Positions 26,856 to 34,228 of a stretch of 34,340 nucleotides of DNA are shown here, piece by piece. The notes beneath the pieces are model-generated. The model was given only the letters and a program-made list of their open reading frames with translations. It did not search any database and had not been told where the DNA came from. Both the position numbers and the translations under genes were made by a program. Origin of the DNA: Polyangiaceae bacterium (lineage in GTDB: Bacteria; Myxococcota_A; Polyangia; Polyangiales; Polyangiaceae); NCBI GenBank assembly GCA_036488725.1, contig DASXHD010000111.1, forward strand, positions 80,760 through 115,099, given 5' to 3'. The stretch's first letter is position 1; each line of letters begins with the position of its first letter.

Positions 26856-28185
26856 CCCTGGACGACGGGATTTCCGCGGTGTCCTCCACCGCGCCGGCGC
26901 GCACTGAGTCGGCAACTTCGGACGTCTGCACCACTATTGCACCACCCCGATGGTCGGCGACCGCCAGCGCGGTGACCGCTGGCTCCGCGATGCGCTCCTC
27001 CGGCTCGGGCGGGTTGAAGCGGAGCCTATTTACTTCGCTGCGTAAGTAGTCGGGCGCGAGGTGCCCGTACACGTCGACGGTAATGCGCGGGTCGCGATGG
27101 CGGAGGATGCGTTGGACGGCGGCGGCGTTCGCGCCCGCTTGCATCAAGAGCGACGCGGTCGTGTGCCGGAGGTCGTGGAACCGAATCGGTCGCACCTTCG
27201 CGATGGGCCAGAGCTTCGGGTTCTTCTTGCCGTGCTGCGTCGGGCAGCGGCGGACGCCGCCGTCGGCCGCCATCTCGGAGTAGCCGCACTTGCGGCACCG
27301 ATGCTCGTAGCCCGTGACGATGCCGGCATGCTTCATCGCGCGCCGCAAGACCTCCTCGAGCGGCGTGTGCGAGCTGCGCATGCTGCCGTCGTCGTCCGGG
27401 AACACGTAGTCGCTCGAGACCGGCGAGGCCGCGAGCGCCGCCTCGAGGTACGGCACGAGCTCGTCGGCGATCGGCACCACGGCCGCATGTCCGCTCTTCG
27501 TCGTGTCGCGGTCGTACGACCGTGAGACCATGATGAGGCGCGCGTCGAGGTCGACGTCGAGCTTCTTCAGCCCGATGATCTCGCCGCGGCGCATCCCGCT
27601 GTAGATGGCGGTCGCCAGCATCCCGCGCCACTTCGGCGGCGTGTGCGTCAGCACCGGCAGCACCTCGTGCGCCCGAAGGTACTGAGGCGTCCGCTGCGGC
27701 ACCTTGCGGCGCTCCACGTCTTGGACGGGGTTCGGGCCGCCGAAGCGGCCCGCCTTGCGCGCTTTCGAGAAGGCGCTGAAGAGGAAGCGGCGGAGGTGAT
27801 TCAAGGACTGCGGCCCGAGCTTGCCCGCCTTCGCTTGCAAGAACTCCTCGATCGTGCCGGGCGTGATCTCCGCGAGTCGGAGCTTCGCGAGGCCCGAGTC
27901 GACGATGTGGAGATTGACCGTCGCTTTGTTGCGCTCGTGTGAGGTGCTCTTGCTCGAGTACGTCTCGAGCCACCAGTCCATGAGCGCGTGCAGCGTGCCG
28001 CCGCCGTCCTCGTCAGGCATCGCCTCGAGGCCGAGCCGCTGACGTTCGGCGCGCCGCTCGAGATCGTCAGCGAGACGGCGCGCTTCTGTTTTCGTGCGCG
28101 CCGTCGTCGGGCGCATCACGCGCTTGCCGCGGTGGTCCTTGTACTTGACGTACCAGCGCGGCCCACGTTGGAAGACTGATGCCAT
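26785..28185 (-). CDS. int: Tyrosine-type site-specific integrase (phage/ICE integrase)
   Basis: ATG at 28183-28185 preceded by a GGAGAA Shine-Dalgarno. N-terminal SAM-like/arm-binding region. Catalytic region HDLRHTTASLL...RILRHRDPRITVDVYGHL (R..H-R-H..Y). The ORF has no stop until 26785, so it reads antisense through the whole tRNA-Arg gene. Confidence 0.85.
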   Translation of the reverse strand: MASVFQRGPRWYVKYKDHRGKRVMRPTTARTKTEARRLADDLERRAERQRLGLEAMPDEDGGGTLHALMDWWLETYSSKSTSHERNKATVNLHIVDSGLAKLRLAEITPGTIEEFLQAKAGKLGPQSLNHLRRFLFSAFSKARKAGRFGGPNPVQDVERRKVPQRTPQYLRAHEVLPVLTHTPPKWRGMLATAIYSGMRRGEIIGLKKLDVDLDARLIMVSRSYDRDTTKSGHAAVVPIADELVPYLEAALAASPVSSDYVFPDDDGSMRSSHTPLEEVLRRAMKHAGIVTGYEHRCRKCGYSEMAADGGVRRCPTQHGKKNPKLWPIAKVRPIRFHDLRHTTASLLMQAGANAAAVQRILRHRDPRITVDVYGHLAPDYLRSEVNRLRFNPPEPEERIAEPAVTALAVADHRGGAIVVQTSEVADSVRAGAVEDTAEIPSSRVARHRGFEPLTYGSGGRRSIQLS

Positions 28186-28207
28186 TGGTTCTCCTCGAAA
28201 TGGAGCA

Positions 28208-28414
28208 CTACTTGCGCTTGAGCGCCACGACCGTCGCGCGCGGCGAGGACTTCTCGCCGCGCGCGAACGCCTCGATGGCCCCACGCTCGAAGCGCAGCAA
28301 GCCGCCCACGCGAAGCGCAGGCAAGTCGCCGACTTCGGCCCGGTGGTACACCCAAGACCGCGAGACCCTGAGAAATGTGGCGACGTCCGCTGCTGTCCAG
28401 AGCGATTCGCTCAC
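28208..28414 (-). CDS. xis: Excisionase / AlpA-like HTH DNA-binding protein
   Basis: 68-aa ORF MSESLWTAADVATFLRVSRSWVYHRAEVGDLPALRVGG. This is the classic excisionase/MerR-like winged helix. It lies immediately upstream of int on the same strand. Confidence 0.7.
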   Translation of the reverse strand: MSESLWTAADVATFLRVSRSWVYHRAEVGDLPALRVGGLLRFERGAIEAFARGEKSSPRATVVALKRK

Positions 28415-29046
28415 GGCTTCACCAGCGAGCGGCGTATCGACGGGAACGGGAAGACTAGGTCGCCGATTGCGCTGAACGCTTTGGTGAAGCGCTCGTGTTC
28501 TTCGAGGTCACCGGTCGCGGGCATGAAGATGATCACGTTGGCGTGCGTCGGCGACGACATCGGCACGAGCGTCCCGTGTTGGTCAACGAAGAACTTGGTG
28601 CGTTCCGCCGGCACGCACATCGGGAAGTTGAGGGCTGAAGGCAGGCTTCCGTCGCCTTGTGACAGGCGCAGGATCTCCAAGGTAAATCCAACGAAGACGA
28701 CGGACGCCGCCCTGAACGCCAGCCACTCGCGAACCGCCTTCCAATAGAACATCTGCGCAAGGCTCCGGTTGCCCACTTTGCCTCCCGGCGGATTCACGAA
28801 GACGCGACCCAACCACGGACGCGTCAGCCCATCGTCCTCGGCGGTGAGGAAGGTCTTCGCGCCAACGACCGTGTTGGCACGGGCGGAACTCGCCGGATCA
28901 AAATCAATGTCGCCCATCACCGCCTTCGTGGCGCCGATGATCAGCGGGGGCGTGATATACTCGGAGCTCTTGCTGCTGTGCTGAGGAATTCGCACTGCGC
29001 GATCAGCGGCCGCCGCGTCCTTCGCGTGCATGCGACGAGCCATCAC
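28411..29046 (-). CDS. Phage Dam-family (PF05869-like) N6-adenine methyltransferase homolog with NPPG in place of the NPPY catalytic motif
   Basis: EYITPPLIIGATKAVMGDIDFDPAS...TAEDDGLTRPWLGRVFVNPPGG matches the characteristic W/Y-TP...G-IDLDP...DGL..W.G.vFvNPPY pattern of phage Dam proteins. The DNA confirms aat ccg ccg gga (N-P-P-G). GTG/ATG start at 29046/29043 overlaps the upstream stop. Confidence 0.55.
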   Translation of the reverse strand: MMARRMHAKDAAAADRAVRIPQHSSKSSEYITPPLIIGATKAVMGDIDFDPASSARANTVVGAKTFLTAEDDGLTRPWLGRVFVNPPGGKVGNRSLAQMFYWKAVREWLAFRAASVVFVGFTLEILRLSQGDGSLPSALNFPMCVPAERTKFFVDQHGTLVPMSSPTHANVIIFMPATGDLEEHERFTKAFSAIGDLVFPFPSIRRSLVKP

Positions 29047-29252
29047 GATGCTCCCCCGCTCTGGAACAGTCCTTTCAACGGGACTCCGACATCGGCGAGA
29101 TCGCGCTCGATGCGACTGCGCTCGTCCGGCGTGATCGCGACGCGCTCGGCGATGATTCTGCTCAAGCGCGTTTCCGAAATAGCGAGCGTGCGAGCGGCGA
29201 GATAGATAGTGCGGTGCTTCTTTTGAAGCGCCATCTTGAGATTGAAAAGCAT
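29043..29252 (-). CDS. Small helix-turn-helix (Cro/XRE-like) regulator
   Basis: ATG at 29250-29252 preceded by a strong SD (GGAGGTcacATG). MLFNLKMALQKKHRTIYLAARTLAISETRLSRIIAER has an HTH signature. The track ORF extends to a TTG at 29270. Confidence 0.5.
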   Translation of the reverse strand: MLFNLKMALQKKHRTIYLAARTLAISETRLSRIIAERVAITPDERSRIERDLADVGVPLKGLFQSGGAS

Positions 29253-29323
29253 GTGACCTCCGGGCCGCAATTGGTTACGGCGGCCTCCTAGGTCACAGTC
29301 GCGCAGCTCCGCACAAGCGCGCT

Positions 29324-30619
29324 CTACGTGATCATTTCAAGTTTCTTTTGCCCGTGGTCGAGCATAGCGATTTCGAGGATCGTCCTCGCGTGGCTCTCAC
29401 TGATGCGTACCGGTCCACCAGCTCGGCGTTTGGCCCGAACACCAAGGCGCAACTCAGCTTCCTTCAACAGCGCGGGCACATCGTCGTCGCGCCGCAGTAA
29501 CCCATCAGCCACTGCTTCTTCGACAAAGTCGGCGAGACATGTCCACGCCTCCCGCGTCGACGTGCCCTTGAGCTGCTCTCGGACCCGCACCCTCCAGTCG
29601 GCGTCCAGCAAGTAGCCGCTCCCGTCACGTTCGGGCGCGCAACCGGCGAGCTCGATGGCATCGTTCAGCGCGTTGCGCACCGTCGTTTCCGCGAAGTCGA
29701 GTTGTCGCGCGACCTCGGCGATCCTCCAGCCTTCGCGCACCGGCCGTTGGCGCGCCACCAAACCGTTGCACGGTTCTGACTGACCTTCTTCATTGTAGTC
29801 GGGCTCGATGCCATGGTCTTCGGACACCCGCACCGTCACCGATGTGAGGCCCCGCTTACGGAGTTTCGTCTTGCGATCGTTGGCGAAGACCTTCGCGACG
29901 TATTGGGCGGGAATGCCGGTCTCGCTTGGAACGTACGCGCGCAGAATGTCTTGTTTCCGATCCAGTGTTGTCGCGACAAGGTTTTGTTGCTCGTCCTCGA
30001 TGCTTTCGCGCGTCTTCTTTGCAACCGCTCGGAGCGCACATTCGAACGTCTTCCACTCGCGCGCGTGCTCGGCGGTGTCGTTCGCGCTCGCCAGCAATAC
30101 GTCGGGGCGAAGCGCACGGAACATTGCCCATGCTTTGTTCCGAAACATGAAGGAGCGTTCACACAAGCCCTCCACGTGCTCGACCACCCTAACGGCATCA
30201 ATGAAACGGACCGCGGGCCACATTGCGGCCACGAGCTCGGCCTCGCAGTCAAAGACCTGCCGAAGCTCGTCTTCAGCCGGAGCGGGGTCAATAACGCCGC
30301 AGCGACTCGTGCGAAAGAAGTCCACCATTCTATCGATGAGGCGCTTGCCTTTGTGGAATGCCGTCATTCCGGTCGTCACGTCGGGAGTAAAGCCTGGCAT
30401 GTCCAGCTGCAGAAACACGATGTACGGTTCGGCGTAGGTTCCCTTCGCGAAGTCCAGAATCTCGGACCTGATCTCATCATCGAGCGGACCGAAAACCGCG
30501 TGCTCGTCCTCGGCCTGCTGGCACGCGATGTATTCCGCCAACGCGTCCGGAGTAGCGGTCCTCTGTAGATTTACGCCGGCTTGACGCGTCCGCTCTTCTA
30601 GGTCTTTCGAACTAATCAC
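29324..30619 (-). CDS. Hypothetical island protein (~430 aa) with C-terminal sigma-70 region-4-like HTH
   Basis: Long non-Arg-rich ORF. HTH near the C-terminus (GWRIAEVARQLDFAETTVRNALNDAIEL). No catalytic motif recognised. The 5' end is uncertain. The GTG at 30617-30619 is the first in-frame start that does not overlap the divergent ParB-like gene. Track ORF runs to 31168. Confidence 0.45.
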   Translation of the reverse strand: MISSKDLEERTRQAGVNLQRTATPDALAEYIACQQAEDEHAVFGPLDDEIRSEILDFAKGTYAEPYIVFLQLDMPGFTPDVTTGMTAFHKGKRLIDRMVDFFRTSRCGVIDPAPAEDELRQVFDCEAELVAAMWPAVRFIDAVRVVEHVEGLCERSFMFRNKAWAMFRALRPDVLLASANDTAEHAREWKTFECALRAVAKKTRESIEDEQQNLVATTLDRKQDILRAYVPSETGIPAQYVAKVFANDRKTKLRKRGLTSVTVRVSEDHGIEPDYNEEGQSEPCNGLVARQRPVREGWRIAEVARQLDFAETTVRNALNDAIELAGCAPERDGSGYLLDADWRVRVREQLKGTSTREAWTCLADFVEEAVADGLLRRDDDVPALLKEAELRLGVRAKRRAGGPVRISESHARTILEIAMLDHGQKKLEMIT

Positions 30620-30751
30620 CGGCAACAGGTTTCGGCCGGGGCCCGTGGGTGTCAAGGCGAACTTTTTTTCCCGGCGCGTCGCTTGTGCGGACCGGCGTGA
30701 CTGTTGTCCATGCGCCGACGCCTTTAAGTTTCGGCGGCGCACGGAGACCCA
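30620..30751. promoter_or_regulatory. Divergent intergenic region on the island, presumed bidirectional promoter/operator
   Basis: ~130-bp non-coding gap between the head-to-head unknown gene (minus) and ParB-like gene (plus). Contains a TTGACA hexamer and a T7 run (gaactttttttcc). No -10 element could be assigned confidently. Confidence 0.3.
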
Positions 30752-32770
30752 ATGCCCACCCCGAAAGACGAGACGAACGCGAAGATGACGAGCACGGTGC
30801 CCGCATTCGACGGAAGCGCCACAGCGAACGATCAGCCCACCGCCCCACCGTCGCAACTCGGCAGTCGCCTGCGACGCGGGAAGCGAAGCGCGACGCTGTT
30901 GGCTCCGCTCGACTCGGCCGCAGAAGACAGCGGCGCCGAGAAGAACCTGGAAGTCGCCATCGGAGCGCCCGCGAGTCCCGTGTTCGGCGCCGCGCTCGCG
31001 CTGCGCGGGACGAAGACGCAGACGCTCGAGACGAAGAAGACGACAACGCCCGAGGTCACCACTGCACCCGATGACATCCCGGTCGGGCGCATCGACGAAG
31101 CCGAGGAGCTCGTCGTCACGCCGCCGCTGCAGCCGGCGGTGCTCACCGAACCCACGACGTGCCCGCACCCGCTACTGCAGCGTCTCGGCGACCACAGGTG
31201 CGCCCTCTGCGGCTGCATCGTGACGGCGCCGCCCACGTCGTCGGTCGCTCCGGCACCGAACGGCATCATTCCGGAAAGCGAGTGGAGCGACGAGCAGCGC
31301 GCTCAGGACAAGAAGATCGCCGAGATGAAGGCGCGCATCGAGCACGAGATGGGCCTTGAGCCGACTCCGCCCTTGCCACACCTCCCGGCCGTCGCCGTAA
31401 CCGAAGTCAGCTTGGGCGCACCGGCAACGCGTGGGGACCCCCCCGCGGCGATCGCCGAGCCGCCGCCCGCGAAGGCCGATGACCGGTCGCTCGCCGACAT
31501 CATCTTCTCCTGCGAACATCCGGACCATCTTCGCAGTGCGACGGGATGCGCGGCGTGCGGCGCGGGCCTGAGACTCATCGAGTCCATCGACGCCGGCAAG
31601 AAGCTCAACGCGCAGCTGGCCGCGCAGGCCGCCGCAACCGCGCAGCAGGCGCCGGACAAAACACTGCCCGACGTGAGCGCAGAAGCGGGTACAGCTTCCC
31701 CGGACGTCGGCGGGTCGGTGCCGGGGACGGCGGAGAGCTCGCCGTCGGTCGAGCGCGGCGGCGACAACGACGTCGCCGGCGATCACCCAGGGCAGCTCGC
31801 GCCCGATCGCGGCGAGAACGGCGAGCCGCTGTACCACGCCGCGTGCCTCGCGTTCCCCGAGCCGACCGAGCCCGAGATGGCCGAGCTCATCGAGAGCGTG
31901 CGCGTCCACGGGGTCCAGCACGAGGGCGTGCTCTTCAAGGGCAAGGTGCTCGACGGTCGCAGCCGCGAGATTGCGTCGCGTCGAGCAGGCGTGCGGATGC
32001 GCTGGCGCGAACTGCCCGCGGGGATCGACCCCATCGACTACGTCACGGCTGCGAACGTGACCCGTCGAAATCTCACGCCTGGTCAGCTCGCGATGGCGGC
32101 AGCAGCGCTCGTGCCTCTCATCACGGAAGCGGCGCGCGAGCGTCAGCGCGCCGGTCTCGGCTCGGATGGCAGCGGAGGCCGCGGGAAGAAAACCCTGGCG
32201 CCAGATGGCGCCAAGGTTCGTGCGCCGAAGGCCGCGGGCATCGCCGCGGCGAAAATCGGCGCCAAGGCGCGCAACGTCGAGCGCGCCTTGGTCGTCGAGG
32301 AGCGCGGAGCGCCGGAGACCGTGGCTGCCGCGCGGGCGGGCACGCTGCCGCTAGCAACCGCCGAGATGCTCGCGCAGCTCCCGGCGCAGGAGCAGACCGA
32401 GGCAATCGCCGCGGGGCCCGACGCCGTTCGCGCAGCGGCGGCGAAGTTCCGCGGGAATCTGAAAAACCGCACCAATCGCAAGACGAAAGCGGACCGCTCC
32501 CCAGTTACCTACGAAGACGCGGCGGCGAAGAACGCCAAGACCGCGGAGACTCGTGCGAACGACTCGAACGATTCAGTCGTCGCGTTTACCCCGGGGGACA
32601 AACTCGCCGGAATGCAGGACGTGCTGTGGGCCCTGCACGCGATCGAGGCCTTCTTGCGTGCCTCGGGCGCATTCGAGCCATCGTCGCAGCTCGAGCGCGT
32701 GCGCAGCGACCTGCACGACCTCGACGAACTGCTCGCGAAGCTGATCACTCCGGCGGCGGTGACACGATGA
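30752..32770 (+). CDS. ParB/Srx-like nuclease-domain + HTH protein with ~380-aa low-complexity N-terminal extension carrying two Cys/His knuckles
   Basis: ATG with an SD (GGAGacccaATG). ParB N-domain MAELIESVRVHGVQHEGVLFKGKVLDGRSREIASRRAGV (GxRR-like arginine motif). ParB-type HTH IAAAKIGAKARNVERALVVEE...LPLATAEMLAQL. N-terminus is acidic and Ala/Pro-rich, with repeats TCPHPLLQRLGDHRCALCGC and SCEHPDHLRSATGCAACGAG. Confidence 0.7.
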   Translation: MPTPKDETNAKMTSTVPAFDGSATANDQPTAPPSQLGSRLRRGKRSATLLAPLDSAAEDSGAEKNLEVAIGAPASPVFGAALALRGTKTQTLETKKTTTPEVTTAPDDIPVGRIDEAEELVVTPPLQPAVLTEPTTCPHPLLQRLGDHRCALCGCIVTAPPTSSVAPAPNGIIPESEWSDEQRAQDKKIAEMKARIEHEMGLEPTPPLPHLPAVAVTEVSLGAPATRGDPPAAIAEPPPAKADDRSLADIIFSCEHPDHLRSATGCAACGAGLRLIESIDAGKKLNAQLAAQAAATAQQAPDKTLPDVSAEAGTASPDVGGSVPGTAESSPSVERGGDNDVAGDHPGQLAPDRGENGEPLYHAACLAFPEPTEPEMAELIESVRVHGVQHEGVLFKGKVLDGRSREIASRRAGVRMRWRELPAGIDPIDYVTAANVTRRNLTPGQLAMAAAALVPLITEAARERQRAGLGSDGSGGRGKKTLAPDGAKVRAPKAAGIAAAKIGAKARNVERALVVEERGAPETVAAARAGTLPLATAEMLAQLPAQEQTEAIAAGPDAVRAAAAKFRGNLKNRTNRKTKADRSPVTYEDAAAKNAKTAETRANDSNDSVVAFTPGDKLAGMQDVLWALHAIEAFLRASGAFEPSSQLERVRSDLHDLDELLAKLITPAAVTR

Positions 32771-33753
32771 GCGCCTCGGTTCTTGGCGTCGGGCGTCCGA
32801 ATCCCATGGAGCGCGTCGGGCCCTGGATCAAACACTTTCCAGGCGGCAAAGGGCACAACAACTGCCCGCGCTTCTACTACGTGCGCGATGGATTCGGATG
32901 CACATACAACTGCCATTATTGCTATTTGCGTCGCTTCGAGAATCTTCATCCGGATGGCGCGGAGTTCGATCCGAAGTTTGAGCGGCTCTACTCCGAGGTA
33001 AAGGCGTGGATGAAGCGGCCGGGCCGCAACGCATTGCTCCTCGGTGAAGTTACCGACGGGTGGGGCTGGACGCATATCGAAAAAATTCTCGAACGCAACC
33101 TGCAGCTCATCGTGATGTTTCGCGCGCAGCAGTCGCACACGCTAATCACGTTGACGAAGGACAGCCACGTGATGCAGCGTCTCGCCGGTATCACGCCGAC
33201 GGACCGCGTGGTCCTTTCGTGGAGTTTGAACCCGCCGGCGATCGCGGACTTGTACGAGATGGGCGCGAAGCAAGCAGAGGCGCGCATCGCAGACGCGGCA
33301 CGCGCCCGCGAGGCAGGCTGGCGCGTTCGCGTTCGGATCGATCCGATGATTCCGATTGCCGAGTGGCAACGACATTACGCGGAACTCGCCAATGTCGTGC
33401 GCGACCGAGTTCGACCCGAGCTCGTGACGTGTGGGTCGTGGCGTCCGCGCCCCCAGGACCCAATGATGAAGTCCGCGCCGCCGGAGATGACGGCGCATTT
33501 GGAGAAGGGGCCTGACGGACGCCTGCGCCTGAAGAACCGGATCGAGATGTACGAGACGGTCTGGGCGATTCTTGGCTCCGACATCACGCGCAGCCTCTGC
33601 AAGGAGGAACTCGACGTCGAAGCTTGGCTCTACACCGAGCACGGTGAGGTGATGCAGGCGTGCAACTGCCTCGGCGAGCCCGTCGTCCCAGTCAGCCGCC
33701 TGCACGTCAGTGCGGCGCTCCAGGCGCGCGCGCGTGTGGAGGTGCGCCGATGA
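32767..33753 (+). CDS. Radical SAM enzyme of the SplB / DNA-repair-photolyase-like (COG1533) type
   Basis: CX3CX2C cluster in the context GFGCTYNCHYCYL, typical of the spore-photoproduct-lyase family (C..C.YCY). Start ATG overlaps the ParB-like stop (ATGA). It is in frame with an upstream Arg-rich artefact (track ORF 31546-33753). Confidence 0.7.
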   Translation: MSASVLGVGRPNPMERVGPWIKHFPGGKGHNNCPRFYYVRDGFGCTYNCHYCYLRRFENLHPDGAEFDPKFERLYSEVKAWMKRPGRNALLLGEVTDGWGWTHIEKILERNLQLIVMFRAQQSHTLITLTKDSHVMQRLAGITPTDRVVLSWSLNPPAIADLYEMGAKQAEARIADAARAREAGWRVRVRIDPMIPIAEWQRHYAELANVVRDRVRPELVTCGSWRPRPQDPMMKSAPPEMTAHLEKGPDGRLRLKNRIEMYETVWAILGSDITRSLCKEELDVEAWLYTEHGEVMQACNCLGEPVVPVSRLHVSAALQARARVEVRR

Positions 33754-33878
33754 AGAGCATCACCGAGATCATTTTCGGAGCCTTCCCCGGCCGTCGCCTC
33801 GAAGCCGCCGTGCACGAAGTTGGGCACTTTGCTCTCGCCGTCGCCGGCGGCGGCCTTCCAAGGCCCGCTTGGCCATGA
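33750..33878 (+). CDS. Small ORF with HExxH zinc-peptidase-like motif (42 aa), possibly the 5' part of a frameshifted or split gene
   Basis: MKSITEIIFGAFPGRRLEAAVHEVGHFALAV contains HEVGH. ATG overlaps the rSAM stop (ATGA). It ends with a TGA that itself overlaps the ATG of the next ORF in the -1 frame. Confidence 0.3.
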   Translation: MKSITEIIFGAFPGRRLEAAVHEVGHFALAVAGGGLPRPAWP

Positions 33879-34228
33879 ACATCGCCATCGCCGAAGACAT
33901 CGGTGGTTACACCGCCGAGGCTCGGCACACGGCTAGGACTGTCGAGGATCTACTCGAGCGGACCGACGACGACGACGGAGACTTGTTGCACGCCGTCGGC
34001 TGGGCCTCCTCGTACCTCGGCGAGCCGATTCAAGACGAGGACTGGCGCGCCGCGTCGGTCGACGCGAGCAAGCTCGTTCACCGAAATGCTCGGGACGCGG
34101 ACGCCTACCTCGCGGAGCATTGGCCGACGGTAATGCGCATGGCCCGCGCGCTCGATACCCGCGGCTCGCTCACGGAGCGAAGCATCGCTGCCTGGGCTTC
34201 CCGCTTCTCCGCCTTGGACCATCGCTGA
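33876..34228 (+). CDS. Hypothetical acidic protein (117 aa), last gene of the coupled island operon within the window
   Basis: MNIAIAEDIGGYTAEARHTARTVEDLLERTDDDDGD... The ORF starts at an ATG overlapping the previous stop. Track ORF is 33710-34228. No family assignable. Confidence 0.3.

Noticed and set aside
29262-29284. Short inverted repeat GGCCGC-n11-GCGGCC downstream of the 430-aa island gene
   Set aside because: Only a 6-bp stem with no adjacent U-run on the transcribed strand. This is insufficient to call an intrinsic terminator.
31172-31921. 249-aa minus ORF antisense to the ParB-like gene
   Set aside because: No motifs and Arg/Leu-rich. The plus-strand ParB-like translation is clearly the coding one.
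31546-32766. N-terminal 400 aa of track ORF 31546-33753 (same frame as the radical-SAM gene)
   Set aside because: The upstream part is Arg/Gly-rich junk overlapping the ParB-like gene in another frame. The radical-SAM protein is taken to start at the ATG at 32767, which overlaps the ParB stop.
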